A stretch of 64,000 bases of DNA. It comes from Shigella phage PSD9. A program made the position numbers and the translations under genes. Shown here piece by piece: positions 39,726 through 49,695 of this stretch. Under the pieces are notes generated by a model that was not told the origin of the DNA, made no database searches, and saw nothing but the letters and a program-made list of their open reading frames with translations. Positions within the stretch are counted from its first letter, which is position 1, and each line of letters starts with the position of its first letter. The DNA lies in sequence record MZ561532, one strand, 5' to 3'.

Positions 39726-42700
39726 ATGGCTACTTTAAAGCAAATCCAATTTAAAAGAAGTAAAGTAGCCGGTGTACGTCCGACACCGGCCCAGTTGGCT
39801 GAAGGTGAACTGGCTATTAACTTAAAGGACCGATTACTTTTTACTAAAGACGATACTGGAGCGATTATCGACCTTGGCTTTGCTAAAGGTGGTAATATTG
39901 ACGGTAATGTTATTCATAACGGTAACTACAACCAGACTGGCGATTACACCCTAAATGGTACCTTTACCCAAACAGGTGATTTTAATTTAACCGGTATTGC
40001 TCGTGTAACTCGTGACATTATTGCCGCTGGCCAGATAATGACCGAAGGTGGCGAGCTTATTTCTAAGAGTGCATCGACGTCCCATTTGAGATTTTTTGAC
40101 GGCGCATCCCGCGAACGTGGCATTATCTTTTCGCCAAATAATGCTGGAGCGACCACTCAGGTAGTTAATATTCGCGTACAAGATTATGCGACAAGTGGCG
40201 AAAGCACTTATGCATTTTCAGGCAATGGACAATTTACTTCACCTGAAGTATCAGCATTGAAATCTATTTCGTCTCCACAAATTCTGACCGATAAAGTTAT
40301 TACAAACGGGAAGAAGACAGGCGATTATGATATCTATTCATTGGCAAATAATAATTCTAACACAGATAAAAATAATTTACGCGTTGTGCGTACTGATCCA
40401 GCGGCCGCAATGCTCCATGAAATTTGTGAAAATAACGGTATCAGTTGGTATTCCGGTTCAACCCCTACTGATTATATGATATCTTTTGCTTATTCCGGTG
40501 GTTTTCAAGCTGGACATTCGATTGCAGTAGGTATGGAATCAGGGCCTATGACCTATTCAACCTTAGGTAAAGGTTCTATTGTTTTAGGTGATAATGACAC
40601 TGGGCTAAAATGGCATCAGGATGGATATTATTTCAGCGTTAATAACGGCACAAGAACTTTCCTGTACGGCCCTGCAGAAACCACCAGTCTTAGAAAAATG
40701 GTTATGGGTTATTCTGTAAACGGTACCGATTTAACTACTCCTCCAACTGAAAACTATGCTTTGGCTACTGTTGTTACTTACCATGATAATAACGCATTTG
40801 GTGATGGTCAAACTCTTTTAGGTTATTACCAAGGTGGCAATTATCACCACTATTTCCGCGGTAAAGGTACTACAAACGTTAACACCGCTGGTGGTTTGTT
40901 AGTTACTCCTGGTAATATTGATGTTGTTGGTGGTTCTGTTAATATCGATGGTCGTAATAATGCTTCTACGCTGATGTTTAGAGGTAACACGACCGGAAGT
41001 AGTTCAGTTGATAATATGACTATCGCCGTTTGGGGTAATACCTTTACTAATGTTGATGGCGACCGTAAAAACGTAATGGAAATATCTGATGCCACTAGCT
41101 GGATTCAATATTATCAACGACTGTCTTCAGGTGCTATTCAAAGCCATTTAAATGGAACTTTGGGTGTAAACGAAAGTATAAATGTCGGCCAGGAAGTTAA
41201 CGTCTCCGGCACTATTGCTGGTAATGCGGTCAATGCTCTTAGAATTTGGAACGACGATTACGCCGCTATTTTCCGCCGTTCAGAAAACAGTCTTCATATT
41301 ATTCCTACCGCCTTTGGCGAAGGTAAAACTGGTGATATTGGTCCACTTCGCCCGTTTCGTATGGACCTTGATACAGGTAAAGTAAGTATTCCTAATATGG
41401 ATACTACTAATTTGACTATGAACCCAAATGGCTATATTAAATTTGCTGGTCATGGCTCAGGCGCTGGTGGTTATGATATTCAGTATGCACAAGCAGCTCC
41501 TGTTTTCCAGGAAATCGATGATGATGCTGTAAGTAAATATTATCCTATTGTTAAACAGAAGTTTTTAAACAGTAAAGCTGTTTGGTCTTTAGGTACTGAA
41601 ATTAATTCCGGGGATTTTGTTTTACACCATATGAAAGAAGATGGAACACAATCTCATCTCTCAAGATTTAATGCTGACGGTACAGTTAACTTCCCGGATA
41701 GCGTTAAAGTCGGTGGCGATAAAGCTACTATCGGCAAAGATGGTAACATCTGGTCTGATATCTGGAAAACGTTTACTTCTGCCGGTGACGTAACCAATCT
41801 TCTTGGTGCTGTCTATAGCCGGGTTTCTAAAGAAGGCGATACGTTGACAGGCCGCTTAACTCTTAAAACCAACTCAGACGCCGTTGTTATTGATTATCCA
41901 GCAGATGAAGCAGGTTATGTTAAGGGTAAAAAAGGTGGTGTTAATAACTGGTATGTTGGTAATGGCGGTGCTGATAATAACTTATCGTTTTATAGTTTCC
42001 AAACTAATTCAGGCGTTAATATTCATAATAGTGGAGAAATTGGTTTAGCTCCTCAAGGGTCGGATACTTTTTATTTTAATAGGGACCGACTTTATATAAA
42101 GGGTGCACAATGGACAGCTCATCAATCTGGTGCATGGGGTGACCAATGGGGTTTAGAAGCGCCTGTATTTGTGGATTTTGGCAATGTCAGTAATGACTGT
42201 TATTATCCAATTATCAAAGGAAGATCTGGTATTACTAACGAAGGATACATATCGGGTGTAGATTTTGGTATGCGACGCATTACTAATACCTGGGCACAAG
42301 GTATTATTCGTGTAGGTAACCAGGAAAATGGTCAAGACCCACAAGCTATATATGAATTCCACCATAATGGGGTTTTTTATGCTCCAAGCTTACTTAAGAG
42401 CGGCAGAGTATCGGCCGGTGGTGGTGACCCGGCATGGACTGGGCCATGTATTGTTATTGGTGATAATGATACTGGTTTAGTCCATGGCGGTGATGGTCGT
42501 ATTAACATGGTTGCCAATGGTGTGCATATTGCATCTTGGTCTGACTCTTACCATATCCATGAAGGTCTTTGGGATACCAATGGTGCTTTGTGGACTGAAC
42601 ACGGAAGAGCTATTATTTCTTTTGGCCATTTAGTCCAACAAAACGATAGCTATTCAACATTTGTTCGTGACGTTTATGTTCGTTCTGATATTCGTGTTAA

Positions 42701-43019
42701 AAAAGACCTTGTTAAATTTGAAAATGCTTCACAGACACTTTCAAAAATTAACGGTTACACTTATATGCAGAAACGTGGCCTGGATGAAGAAGGTAATCAG
42801 AAATGGGAACCTAATGCCGGTTTAATTGCTCAAGAAGTTCAAGCTATTTTACCGGAATTAGTTGAAGGTGACCCTGATGGTGAAGCTTTACTTCGTTTGA
42901 ACTATAACGGTGTAATTGGTTTAAATACGGCTGCAATCAATGAGCACACTGCAGAAATAGCAGAATTGAAATCAGAGATTGAAGAACTTAAAGCACTAAT
43001 TAAATCATTGTTAAAATAA
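39726..43019 (+). CDS. 37: long tail fibre distal subunit
   Basis: 1097 aa; N-terminus [13 protein letters not shown]..., repeated GDNDTGL motifs, coiled-coil C-terminal tail. Confidence 0.85.
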   Translation: MATLKQIQFKRSKVAGVRPTPAQLAEGELAINLKDRLLFTKDDTGAIIDLGFAKGGNIDGNVIHNGNYNQTGDYTLNGTFTQTGDFNLTGIARVTRDIIAAGQIMTEGGELISKSASTSHLRFFDGASRERGIIFSPNNAGATTQVVNIRVQDYATSGESTYAFSGNGQFTSPEVSALKSISSPQILTDKVITNGKKTGDYDIYSLANNNSNTDKNNLRVVRTDPAAAMLHEICENNGISWYSGSTPTDYMISFAYSGGFQAGHSIAVGMESGPMTYSTLGKGSIVLGDNDTGLKWHQDGYYFSVNNGTRTFLYGPAETTSLRKMVMGYSVNGTDLTTPPTENYALATVVTYHDNNAFGDGQTLLGYYQGGNYHHYFRGKGTTNVNTAGGLLVTPGNIDVVGGSVNIDGRNNASTLMFRGNTTGSSSVDNMTIAVWGNTFTNVDGDRKNVMEISDATSWIQYYQRLSSGAIQSHLNGTLGVNESINVGQEVNVSGTIAGNAVNALRIWNDDYAAIFRRSENSLHIIPTAFGEGKTGDIGPLRPFRMDLDTGKVSIPNMDTTNLTMNPNGYIKFAGHGSGAGGYDIQYAQAAPVFQEIDDDAVSKYYPIVKQKFLNSKAVWSLGTEINSGDFVLHHMKEDGTQSHLSRFNADGTVNFPDSVKVGGDKATIGKDGNIWSDIWKTFTSAGDVTNLLGAVYSRVSKEGDTLTGRLTLKTNSDAVVIDYPADEAGYVKGKKGGVNNWYVGNGGADNNLSFYSFQTNSGVNIHNSGEIGLAPQGSDTFYFNRDRLYIKGAQWTAHQSGAWGDQWGLEAPVFVDFGNVSNDCYYPIIKGRSGITNEGYISGVDFGMRRITNTWAQGIIRVGNQENGQDPQAIYEFHHNGVFYAPSLLKSGRVSAGGGDPAWTGPCIVIGDNDTGLVHGGDGRINMVANGVHIASWSDSYHIHEGLWDTNGALWTEHGRAIISFGHLVQQNDSYSTFVRDVYVRSDIRVKKDLVKFENASQTLSKINGYTYMQKRGLDEEGNQKWEPNAGLIAQEVQAILPELVEGDPDGEALLRLNYNGVIGLNTAAINEHTAEIAELKSEIEELKALIKSLLK

Positions 43020-43024
43020 TAAGA

Positions 43025-43038
43025 GGGGCTTCGGCCCC
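43025..43038 (+). other. intercistronic hairpin GGGGC-UUCG-GCCCC between genes 37 and 38
   Basis: No U-tract; followed directly by GGAGG SD of gene 38. Confidence 0.45.
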
Positions 43039-43050
43039 TTGGAGGTTTAT

Positions 43051-43845
43051 ATGGCAGTAGTAGGACCATGGGTTGGAGGGTCTGCAGTAGCTAATACAGG
43101 ACAAAACTGGATGGGTGGCGCTGCCCAGCGATTGAGAATGGGTATTCCGTTTTGGATGAGTAATATGAACGGTCGGTCTGTTGAAGTAATTCATACTTTA
43201 GGTGGGGACCATAACTTTAATGGGCAATGGTTCCGCGACCGTTGCTTTGAAGCCGGTAGTGCGCCTATTGTGTTTAATCTTACAGGTACATTAGTATCTT
43301 ATACCCGTGATGTTCCATTGTTCTTTATGTATGGGGATACTCCAAACGAATATGTTCAATTGAATATTGGTGGTGGGGTTCATATATGGGGCCGAGGTGG
43401 TCAAGGTGGATGGACCCACTCGGGTGGCGATGGCAACGGCCAATGGGGTGGAACTTGTATTGTAAATGATATTGGCGGTCGTTTAAGAATTAATAATGGT
43501 GGGGTTATCTGTGGCGGTGGCGGTGGCGGTGGCGGCATTGCGTGGCGTCCTTACTCAGGTGCTAACTGGCAAGATATCGGTGGTGGTGGTGGACGTCCAT
43601 TTGGTCCTGATGGCGGTGGTAGATTCTCCGGTGGTGGTGCTTCTTATGAAAGCCCTGGCGGTGGATACGATTTGGATAGAGCCCACTCAGGACATGGCGG
43701 TGATGCTGGTGCCTCAGGCCAGAACGCATGGTCTTATGGTGGTAAAGTTCTTAAAGTTGGGGCTGGGGGCGGCGCAGGAGCTGCTGTTGCTGGAAGTTCT
43801 CCTACTTGGCATAATACAGGTGTTATCTACGGTTCCTGGCTATAG
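43051..43845 (+). CDS. 38: tail fibre adhesin gp38, T2-type with glycine-rich motifs
   Basis: 264 aa from ATG (track starts at upstream TTG); [16 protein letters not shown] and [12 protein letters not shown] tracts typical of T2/T6-type adhesins. Confidence 0.75.
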   Translation: MAVVGPWVGGSAVANTGQNWMGGAAQRLRMGIPFWMSNMNGRSVEVIHTLGGDHNFNGQWFRDRCFEAGSAPIVFNLTGTLVSYTRDVPLFFMYGDTPNEYVQLNIGGGVHIWGRGGQGGWTHSGGDGNGQWGGTCIVNDIGGRLRINNGGVICGGGGGGGGIAWRPYSGANWQDIGGGGGRPFGPDGGGRFSGGGASYESPGGGYDLDRAHSGHGGDAGASGQNAWSYGGKVLKVGAGGGAGAAVAGSSPTWHNTGVIYGSWL

Positions 43846-43856
43846 TGCATAAGCTC

Positions 43857-43864
43857 TATAAATA
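43857..43864 (+). promoter_or_regulatory. late promoter TATAAATA for holin t
   Basis: Exact TATAAATA 19 nt upstream of AAAGGAG SD and t ATG. Confidence 0.65.
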
Positions 43865-43882
43865 TCTTTAAAGGAGAAAAGT

Positions 43883-44536
43883 ATGGAACCAAAAGTAGGA
43901 TTTTCATTATCAGACCTACTTTTTGGACTTCTTGATAGAATTTTTAAAGATACTTCTTCCGGGAAAGTAGTTTTTTCCCGGGTCCTAGTCGTGATATTAT
44001 TGTTCTTTATGGCATTGGTTTGGTATAAAGGCGAGTATATTCTAAACTTTTATAAAGAGACTACTTATGCCTCTTATACTGAAATGATTAGACAAGACCA
44101 GGACAATAGATTTAAAATTGCGGCTATCGAGCAGCTCCGAATAGTGCATTCTTCTTCAGGCGCAGACTTCACAGCAATATATTCTTTTAGACCAACCAAC
44201 ATGAATTATTTTGTGGATATGGTGGCTTACGAGGGTAAATTACCGGAAACGGTAGACGCAAAAAACACGGGAGGGTTTCCAATTGACAAAACGTCAGTAG
44301 AATATATGGCGGGAGTTAACGGGAACTATTTTGAATCAAGTACCGAAACTGTATTCCTTCCTACAAAGAAGAAAACACAATTCACGTATATGTTTTCATG
44401 CCCGTTTTTTAATTTGGATAACGTCTACGCCGGCTCGATATCGTTGTACTGGTATGATATCAAACCGGATTTAGGATTTCCTAGACTTTCGTCTATGTGC
44501 GGTCAGGCTGGGAGGACATTAGGTCGAACACGTTAG
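43883..44536 (+). CDS. t: holin
   Basis: 217 aa; close match to T4 holin T (SDLLFGLLDR..., single TM, large periplasmic domain). Confidence 0.85.
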   Translation: MEPKVGFSLSDLLFGLLDRIFKDTSSGKVVFSRVLVVILLFFMALVWYKGEYILNFYKETTYASYTEMIRQDQDNRFKIAAIEQLRIVHSSSGADFTAIYSFRPTNMNYFVDMVAYEGKLPETVDAKNTGGFPIDKTSVEYMAGVNGNYFESSTETVFLPTKKKTQFTYMFSCPFFNLDNVYAGSISLYWYDIKPDLGFPRLSSMCGQAGRTLGRTR

Positions 44537-44808
44537 AAATTGGAGGTATACATCATTAAGTAACGGTGTATATCTTCATACCCTTCATTAAATTGCTCAA
44601 TAAGAGTGTCACGTTCATCTTCAGTTAATGACTTAAATAATTTGTTATAAGACAAACCGTTAAGTTCCTTTCCGTGTTCATTACGAATACCTAACTCATT
44701 CAAAAAGGCAATAAACTCATCACGACGTTGCATGATGTCTTCACAATCCGTTTTAATCAAAATGGAAACAATAGTAGCAATTTCGGAAACAATTTCAATT
44801 TTAGTCAT
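44533..44808 (-). CDS. asiA: anti-sigma70 factor AsiA
   Basis: 91 aa; strong similarity to T4 AsiA (...IAFLNELG...EQFNEGYEDIHRYLMMYT...). Confidence 0.8.
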   Translation of the reverse strand: MTKIEIVSEIATIVSILIKTDCEDIMQRRDEFIAFLNELGIRNEHGKELNGLSYNKLFKSLTEDERDTLIEQFNEGYEDIHRYLMMYTSNF

Positions 44809-44849
44809 AATATTCTCTTCAATTCAGTACGTCATTATCTGATAGGGCT

Positions 44850-44878
44850 ATACTAACATATCCTTAGGGATTGTAAAC
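44850..44878 (-). promoter_or_regulatory. T4-type early promoter (GTTTAC-N17-TAGTAT) for asiA
   Basis: Conserved hexamers upstream of asiA. Confidence 0.45.
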
Positions 44879-45022
44879 ATGTTTTTCGTTCTTTTTAACA
44901 TATTCCTGATACATCTCTTCTATTGGTTCCTGGAACTTAAAATCAGCTCCCAGGAATTCCTCAAAGCACTCCTGCTCACGTGTACGCATGCCTGTTACGG
45001 TATTCTCTAAGTTATGACTCAT
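44864..45022 (-). CDS. possible small acidic protein, 52 aa (not in ORF track)
   Basis: ATG preceded by AAGGGTAAAGG; hand translation MSHNLENTVTGMRTREQECFEEFLGADFKFQEPIEEMYQEYVKKNEKHVYNP. Confidence 0.3.
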   Translation of the reverse strand: MSHNLENTVTGMRTREQECFEEFLGADFKFQEPIEEMYQEYVKKNEKHVYNP

Positions 45023-45111
45023 AGCCTTTACCCTTATGTTTCTGTTTACGTTTAGACTCTTTAAGGTTTTTCTTTTTGTCCTTGTGGACCGAAGCCTTAT
45101 TGAAATCGTGC

Positions 45112-45393
45112 TTAGCTACCAGATTGTTCACGTAATTTCCTTAATTGATATTCAAGAGAGCTGATAATTTCTTTATTAGTTGCAATATACATATCACGTA
45201 GGAACGGCTTCAACCCTTCCATATTACCATGGATTGTCTTAGAACTAATATTCTTTATATATTCGTGGTCTAAGGCATCCCAAGCCGGTTGGTTGACATA
45301 AGTTCCCCAGTTGTCTTCCACCATGACATTAAGACGTTTAACATGATTAATATGGGCTTCGATTGCATCAATCTGGAGTTGTTTAAGATTCAT
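45112..45393 (-). CDS. arn: anti-restriction nuclease Arn-like
   Basis: 93 aa (T4 Arn 92 aa), between asiA and motA as in T4; sequence not independently verified. Confidence 0.45.
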   Translation of the reverse strand: MNLKQLQIDAIEAHINHVKRLNVMVEDNWGTYVNQPAWDALDHEYIKNISSKTIHGNMEGLKPFLRDMYIATNKEIISSLEYQLRKLREQSGS

Positions 45394-45881
45394 TAGTAAA
45401 GGTCCTCAGAGTAAAGTTCTTTTTCACTGCCACCACGTTCAATACGAACTTGATTAGCATAAGTCGCAATAATCATTGCTTCTTCGCGAGTCCAATAGTT
45501 TGAATATTGGTCAATAAATCCTTGGTCATCACCACAAACATGGTCTGATACAAGTTTATCACTTACCTGGTCGAGAACTTCAGCCATATCTTTAGAATAA
45601 TGACGAGCACCAGGAATAACCAGAGTCCCACCGTCTTTTAACTTAAAGCGGTTGGCAGCACACACAATCCTGCGCTGATATTTTTCATTGTTGTTCCAAT
45701 AGGCAATCTGCCAACATATTTCAGGAACCTCTTCTAAAACATCCTCTTCTGTATATTCGGTGTAATCACCATATGCCCGTAATTTAGCTGCTAGACTTTC
45801 AGGCGTCTCACGAGAAAGAGCTTTATCTAATAAAGCCATACGGTCTTTAAAGGATAATGCTTTACCTTTTAATAGATTCAT
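45393..45881 (-). CDS. hypothetical protein
   Basis: 162-aa ORF, stop/start coupled to arn. Confidence 0.45.
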   Translation of the reverse strand: MNLLKGKALSFKDRMALLDKALSRETPESLAAKLRAYGDYTEYTEEDVLEEVPEICWQIAYWNNNEKYQRRIVCAANRFKLKDGGTLVIPGARHYSKDMAEVLDQVSDKLVSDHVCGDDQGFIDQYSNYWTREEAMIIATYANQVRIERGGSEKELYSEDLY

Positions 45882-46216
45882 TTGAAAATCACCTTATGGC
45901 CGTTATCTTTAGCAAATTCTTGAATTTTGGTGGCAGTTTCAATTAAATCACCTTTATAATAGGATGATAATTTAATATTAACTGTTTGGCCCTCGCCATA
46001 CGAAGTTATATTTACCTTTTCAATAAAAATAATCTCAAGAAATCGTAATAACTGCATACCAAATTCAAGATAAACGTTATCAATCTGGAGATCGAGTTGG
46101 TAAATTTTCTTAATACCGCTTACCAAAGCTACACGCTCGTCCCAATCATTACGTTGTTCTTCAATCAATTTAAGGGAATGACCTTCACCGTCCCAGTTAA
46201 GTTCCATCGGAATCAT
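45878..46216 (-). CDS. hypothetical protein
   Basis: Start set at ATG (MIPMELN...) with AAGGA SD and ATGA overlap. Confidence 0.4.
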   Translation of the reverse strand: MIPMELNWDGEGHSLKLIEEQRNDWDERVALVSGIKKIYQLDLQIDNVYLEFGMQLLRFLEIIFIEKVNITSYGEGQTVNIKLSSYYKGDLIETATKIQEFAKDNGHKVIFK

Positions 46217-46542
46217 TTGAACCATCCTTTAATACGCTGCCATAAAGATTTCTGTTGAGCTTTATTAACACCAATTGAACGGATAACCGGTTGTGATTCT
46301 TGGTATTCTTTGTAGTCCGCTTTATAGACTTCATAAGCCGCTGGGACAAAGGTGCTGATTGCCGCCATAAAGTTTTTGCGAATTCCCATAGAAGCTTCAG
46401 AACCACCACGGATGATTAAGTATTTACCTGCTTTAATCTTAACAATAGTGCCGAGATAAGCACCGTGGTACCAAATGTCCCAACCTTCTTGAGTAGGTTC
46501 TGCACAACGACGAAGTTCATTAACAATATTAAGCTTGTTCAT
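46213..46542 (-). CDS. hypothetical protein
   Basis: 109-aa basic ORF directly downstream of motA. Confidence 0.45.
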   Translation of the reverse strand: MNKLNIVNELRRCAEPTQEGWDIWYHGAYLGTIVKIKAGKYLIIRGGSEASMGIRKNFMAAISTFVPAAYEVYKADYKEYQESQPVIRSIGVNKAQQKSLWQRIKGWFK

Positions 46543-46560
46543 AATAATTTCCTCAGTCAG

Positions 46561-47193
46561 TTAAATTGCGTTGGTTACGGTTTTGATAACTTCAGATGAT
46601 ACGTTTTGGAAGTCGATATAAGTATTCTTACCACCAGTCTTAATCTTAACATCAAGATTCAAGGAAGTAAACACTTGTTTTTCTTTATCAGTCATATTAT
46701 AACCGAAGATGCGCATCATTCCGTCACGACGGACTTCAATTTGACGAATACCATTGGTACGTTTAGCGAATCGAACTTCAAGGTTGCTACGGTTTTCAGC
46801 AATTTCACGAATCTCGATACGGTCTTCTAATAAAGCTTTAACTTCATCAGCCAGTGTTACCATTTCAGGAGTAACACCACGTGAACTACGCGTTTTACGT
46901 TTTTCCAACATCTCTGGAGCATTTTCAGAAGCGAACAAGTCAGCAGCTTTTTGAACTAGGTCCATTGCTTCACCCGTAGCCACTAAACCATCACCGGATT
47001 TTTCGATGAATCCTTTCTTAATCAATACACCGATGTTAGAGTTAACTACCGCAGCACTAAATTGCTCACTCAGGGCTTCACGGACTTCGCCTGAAGTGAT
47101 GAAGTTATGCTTGATGATATGTACTAAGATCGAAGCAGTTTTTTCATTCAGGACGTCTTCAGAAGCTTTGATGATATAAGTAATTTTAGACAT
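46561..47193 (-). CDS. motA: middle-transcription activator MotA
   Basis: Start set at MSKITYIIKAS matching T4 MotA; 210 aa; track start is an upstream GTG. Confidence 0.85.
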   Translation of the reverse strand: MSKITYIIKASEDVLNEKTASILVHIIKHNFITSGEVREALSEQFSAAVVNSNIGVLIKKGFIEKSGDGLVATGEAMDLVQKAADLFASENAPEMLEKRKTRSSRGVTPEMVTLADEVKALLEDRIEIREIAENRSNLEVRFAKRTNGIRQIEVRRDGMMRIFGYNMTDKEKQVFTSLNLDVKIKTGGKNTYIDFQNVSSEVIKTVTNAI

Positions 47194-47231
47194 TTTGTAT
47201 CTCCATTTCACTCTGTTGTTTTGATAGGTCT

Positions 47232-47260
47232 ATAGTATCATGTTTAAAGCAGATGTAAAC
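47232..47260 (-). promoter_or_regulatory. T4-type early promoter (GTTTAC-N17-TACTAT) for motA
   Basis: Conserved cassette upstream of motA. Confidence 0.5.
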
Positions 47261-47284
47261 TCTTTTTGCACTAAACCCAAAAAA

Positions 47285-47300
47285 GGAACCCGAAGGTTCC
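47285..47300 (-). terminator. intrinsic terminator (GGAACC-UUCG-GGUUCC + U6)
   Basis: Follows stop of the 34-aa ORF; UUUUUUGGG on minus RNA. Confidence 0.55.
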
Positions 47301-47405
47301 TTACTTTTTAAAGTTGGCTGCTATTAAACCTATAGCTAAGCCTGTTGCCAGGCCTAGGATAACAGCAAAGATACAGAGTAACAAGAACTCGACTCCAAGG
47401 CTCAT
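47301..47405 (-). CDS. small membrane peptide, 34 aa (not in ORF track)
   Basis: ATG overlaps gene 52 stop (ATGA); hand translation MSLGVEFLLLCIFAVILGLATGLAIGLIAANFKK; terminator follows. Confidence 0.35.
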   Translation of the reverse strand: MSLGVEFLLLCIFAVILGLATGLAIGLIAANFKK

Positions 47406-48781
47406 AGAGCCTCCAAATCTTTAACATACTCAGTTACAACATCAGTGGTTTTCCAATATTGATGCTCTTCTTTCTTAGCCTTGGCTTCCAAAGCCAGTTT
47501 CTTGGCTTCATCAGAAGTGATATGGAAAATGTTCATGGCCACTAGTTTATCAGCGTATTCGCCATAGACTTTATTACTAGCCAATTCTTCGGTTAAAACC
47601 TTGCGAGTCTTACCTTGGATAACCACTACACCATCAATAACATCTTTGATGAATGTGGCTTTAGCTAATGCCAGTTTGAAAGCTTCTTCGGTTTCGATGA
47701 TTTTACCATCAATACGTTTCTGTACAAAGGTCTTACGGACCTCAACGAAATCACGAATCAGTTCAACTGCATCTTCGTAAACCTTAAGTTTACCTTTCTC
47801 ATTAATGACGGTCAGGTTTTGTGAACGACGTTCGATTAACCCGAAGTCCTTCATGATTTTTTCATGCTTCTTGTTTTCATCAGTAGGCAATTCGTATTCT
47901 TTACGAATCTTAACCTTGAAGCCAAAACCGTTCTCGTCACAGTCATCATCATATGTGATGTACCCTTTGTCTTCCAGAGGGTCTAATACCTTAGCCACAT
48001 ATGTTTCACGGTCATATTTGTATGGGATTTCCGTGATATGCATTTGGGTTCGAGATGTGAACTTATACGTTCCACGAATCTCATAACTACCAGGTTCAAT
48101 CTCAACAACTTCACCACGGAATTCAGGATAAGCCACTTTGGGTTTGGTTACTCGTTTTTCCTGAAGAACTTGCAGTACAGCTTTCTTAACAGAATCAAAA
48201 CTATGAGGAAGAATATTAGTTGCATAACCAGTTGCAATACCGGAAACGCCATTAAGAAGAACAGTAGGAATAATAGGCAGATAAAAAGCCGGTGGCTTAT
48301 GTTCAACATCCGCATGAACCGGAGCATATTCTGTGTCCTTATAAACTTTTGCAAAGTTACTTCCAATACGAGCAAAAATATAACGAGAGGCTGCAGCCTT
48401 TTGAACCAATCGAGAACCGAAGTTACCTTGACCGTCTAACAATGGATAGTTGTTGTTCCATGTGTTAGCCATCAAAGCCCCTGCTTCCTGAGCAGAACCT
48501 TCACCGTGGTGATATCCGAGGTCGGCTACACCACCAGCGATAGAAGCCAGTTTGTGGAATTTTTCTTTATTACCACGAGCCATATCAAGACAACGAGCCA
48601 CTACAAAACGTTGTACAGGTTTAAAGCCATCAATCATATTTGGAATGGCTCGGTTTTCGACAGTATACATTGCATAAGCCAATGCTTCGTTGTCGATAAT
48701 ACTTTTTAAGTCACGACGAGTAAAAGTATCATCGTAAACATCTAAAGCCTGTTTAAAAAGGGTATCAATTACATCAGCCAT
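47402..48781 (-). CDS. 52: DNA topoisomerase II medium subunit
   Basis: 459 aa GyrA-like breakage-reunion domain (...GYATNILPH...); T4 gp52 about 442 aa. Confidence 0.85.
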   Translation of the reverse strand: MADVIDTLFKQALDVYDDTFTRRDLKSIIDNEALAYAMYTVENRAIPNMIDGFKPVQRFVVARCLDMARGNKEKFHKLASIAGGVADLGYHHGEGSAQEAGALMANTWNNNYPLLDGQGNFGSRLVQKAAASRYIFARIGSNFAKVYKDTEYAPVHADVEHKPPAFYLPIIPTVLLNGVSGIATGYATNILPHSFDSVKKAVLQVLQEKRVTKPKVAYPEFRGEVVEIEPGSYEIRGTYKFTSRTQMHITEIPYKYDRETYVAKVLDPLEDKGYITYDDDCDENGFGFKVKIRKEYELPTDENKKHEKIMKDFGLIERRSQNLTVINEKGKLKVYEDAVELIRDFVEVRKTFVQKRIDGKIIETEEAFKLALAKATFIKDVIDGVVVIQGKTRKVLTEELASNKVYGEYADKLVAMNIFHITSDEAKKLALEAKAKKEEHQYWKTTDVVTEYVKDLEAL

Positions 48782-48785
48782 AATT

Positions 48786-48926
48786 TTACCATACTAGTGA
48801 ATGAATAGCCATAATAACATCGGAAATAAAAAGCACAACTTGGATAAGTCCGAACATTACTCCGTAATACAGCGCTACTAATAATGCAGCAAGGGCTAAA
48901 GAGTAGCCCAAGATTTTATTAATCAT
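48786..48926 (-). CDS. possible small membrane peptide, 46 aa
   Basis: Internal ATG (MINKILGYSLALAALLVALYYGVMF...) overlapping stop of upstream ORF; track start is TTG. Confidence 0.3.
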   Translation of the reverse strand: MINKILGYSLALAALLVALYYGVMFGLIQVVLFISDVIMAIHSLVW

Positions 48927-49080
48927 TTTTAATCGTCTTAAGTAAACCGACAAAAGTAGAAAGAACCCAACCAATAAGCAGAAAACTTAAGAATATCGGA
49001 CCAGGGGCCCACACACCTAAAAAGAAGCAAACTGAACAGACTATAGCCATAATAAGTTCAATAAAAACTAGGATAACCAT
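48919..49080 (-). CDS. small two-TM membrane protein, 53 aa (T4 ac position; not in ORF track)
   Basis: GAGGAAAAT SD then ATG; hand translation MVILVFIELIMAIVCSVCFFLGVWAPGPIFLSFLLIGWVLSTFVGLLKTIKND. Confidence 0.4.
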   Translation of the reverse strand: MVILVFIELIMAIVCSVCFFLGVWAPGPIFLSFLLIGWVLSTFVGLLKTIKND

Positions 49081-49090
49081 ATTTTCCTCA

Positions 49091-49168
49091 TTAGCGTCCG
49101 AAGACGCCTTTAGTTTTAAGATTGTTACTATAGAACTGCATCACATGCTCGTTATGGAAATTACTCAT
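49091..49168 (-). CDS. stp: Stp peptide (activator of the host Prr anticodon-nuclease system), 25 aa
   Basis: Hand translation [25 protein letters not shown], near-identical to T4 Stp as recalled; ATG overlaps ndd stop (TAATG). Confidence 0.75.
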   Translation of the reverse strand: MSNFHNEHVMQFYSNNLKTKGVFGR

Positions 49169-49617
49169 TAGTAAGCCTGCAGGATGAATTTAAAGTTATC
49201 AGCCAACATACGGTTCATTTCTTCCAGTGTCTGGAGGTCGGAACTATGATTACGAGTGAAAGCCATTGCAATTTGACCCTTACCAAAACCTGTAGTCAGG
49301 GGTTTCATCTTAGAAGCCGGTACATAAAGAACTTCATACACAACACCGTTCACTGCCATAGTGCGAGCTGATTGAGAACGTTTCTTACGAATGTTAGCCA
49401 CGATACCGTCGAGCCCTTGGGCCGAACGTTGATTACCGACATAAAAACGAGCCGCTACGACACGAGAATCAGCGCCGCCTTTAACAAAGAAGTAGAAGCC
49501 TGGCTGAGCAGAGATTTCTTTAGAAGGTTTACCATTTTGGTATTCACCGTTCTTAACATAAGCAACAGTAGTAGCACCAGCAGACAGAACGTTACGGCGA
49601 GTCATATAAGTATTCAT
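49168..49617 (-). CDS. ndd: nucleoid disruption protein Ndd
   Basis: 149 aa; close match to T4 Ndd (...RFYVGNQRS...[13 protein letters not shown]...[12 protein letters not shown]). Confidence 0.8.
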   Translation of the reverse strand: MNTYMTRRNVLSAGATTVAYVKNGEYQNGKPSKEISAQPGFYFFVKGGADSRVVAARFYVGNQRSAQGLDGIVANIRKKRSQSARTMAVNGVVYEVLYVPASKMKPLTTGFGKGQIAMAFTRNHSSDLQTLEEMNRMLADNFKFILQAY

Positions 49618-49666
49618 ATCAATTTCCTCAGTAGATTAATGTTTTGTTATCCGGTCAACGAGAACC

Positions 49667-49695
49667 ATTATAACATGATTCTCGAGGTTGTAAAC
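49667..49695 (-). promoter_or_regulatory. T4-type early promoter (GTTTAC-N17-TATAAT) for ndd
   Basis: Consensus hexamers; GAGGAAATTG SD precedes ndd. Confidence 0.5.

Noticed and set aside
43039-43050. TTG start for gene 38 given by the ORF track
   Set aside because: A canonical ATG with GGAGG SD 5 nt upstream lies 12 nt downstream; the TTG is immediately after the intergenic hairpin.
43496-43852. 118-aa alternative-frame ORF and the GGT/GGC repeat inside gene 38
   Set aside because: The repeat encodes the glycine-rich motifs of the adhesin; the alternative frame is a by-product of the repetitive sequence.
49094-49107. GCGUC-UUCG-GACGC hairpin near the 3' end of stp
   Set aside because: Lies inside the stp coding sequence, where it encodes the conserved G-V-F-G-R residues; more likely a coding by-product than a separate element.
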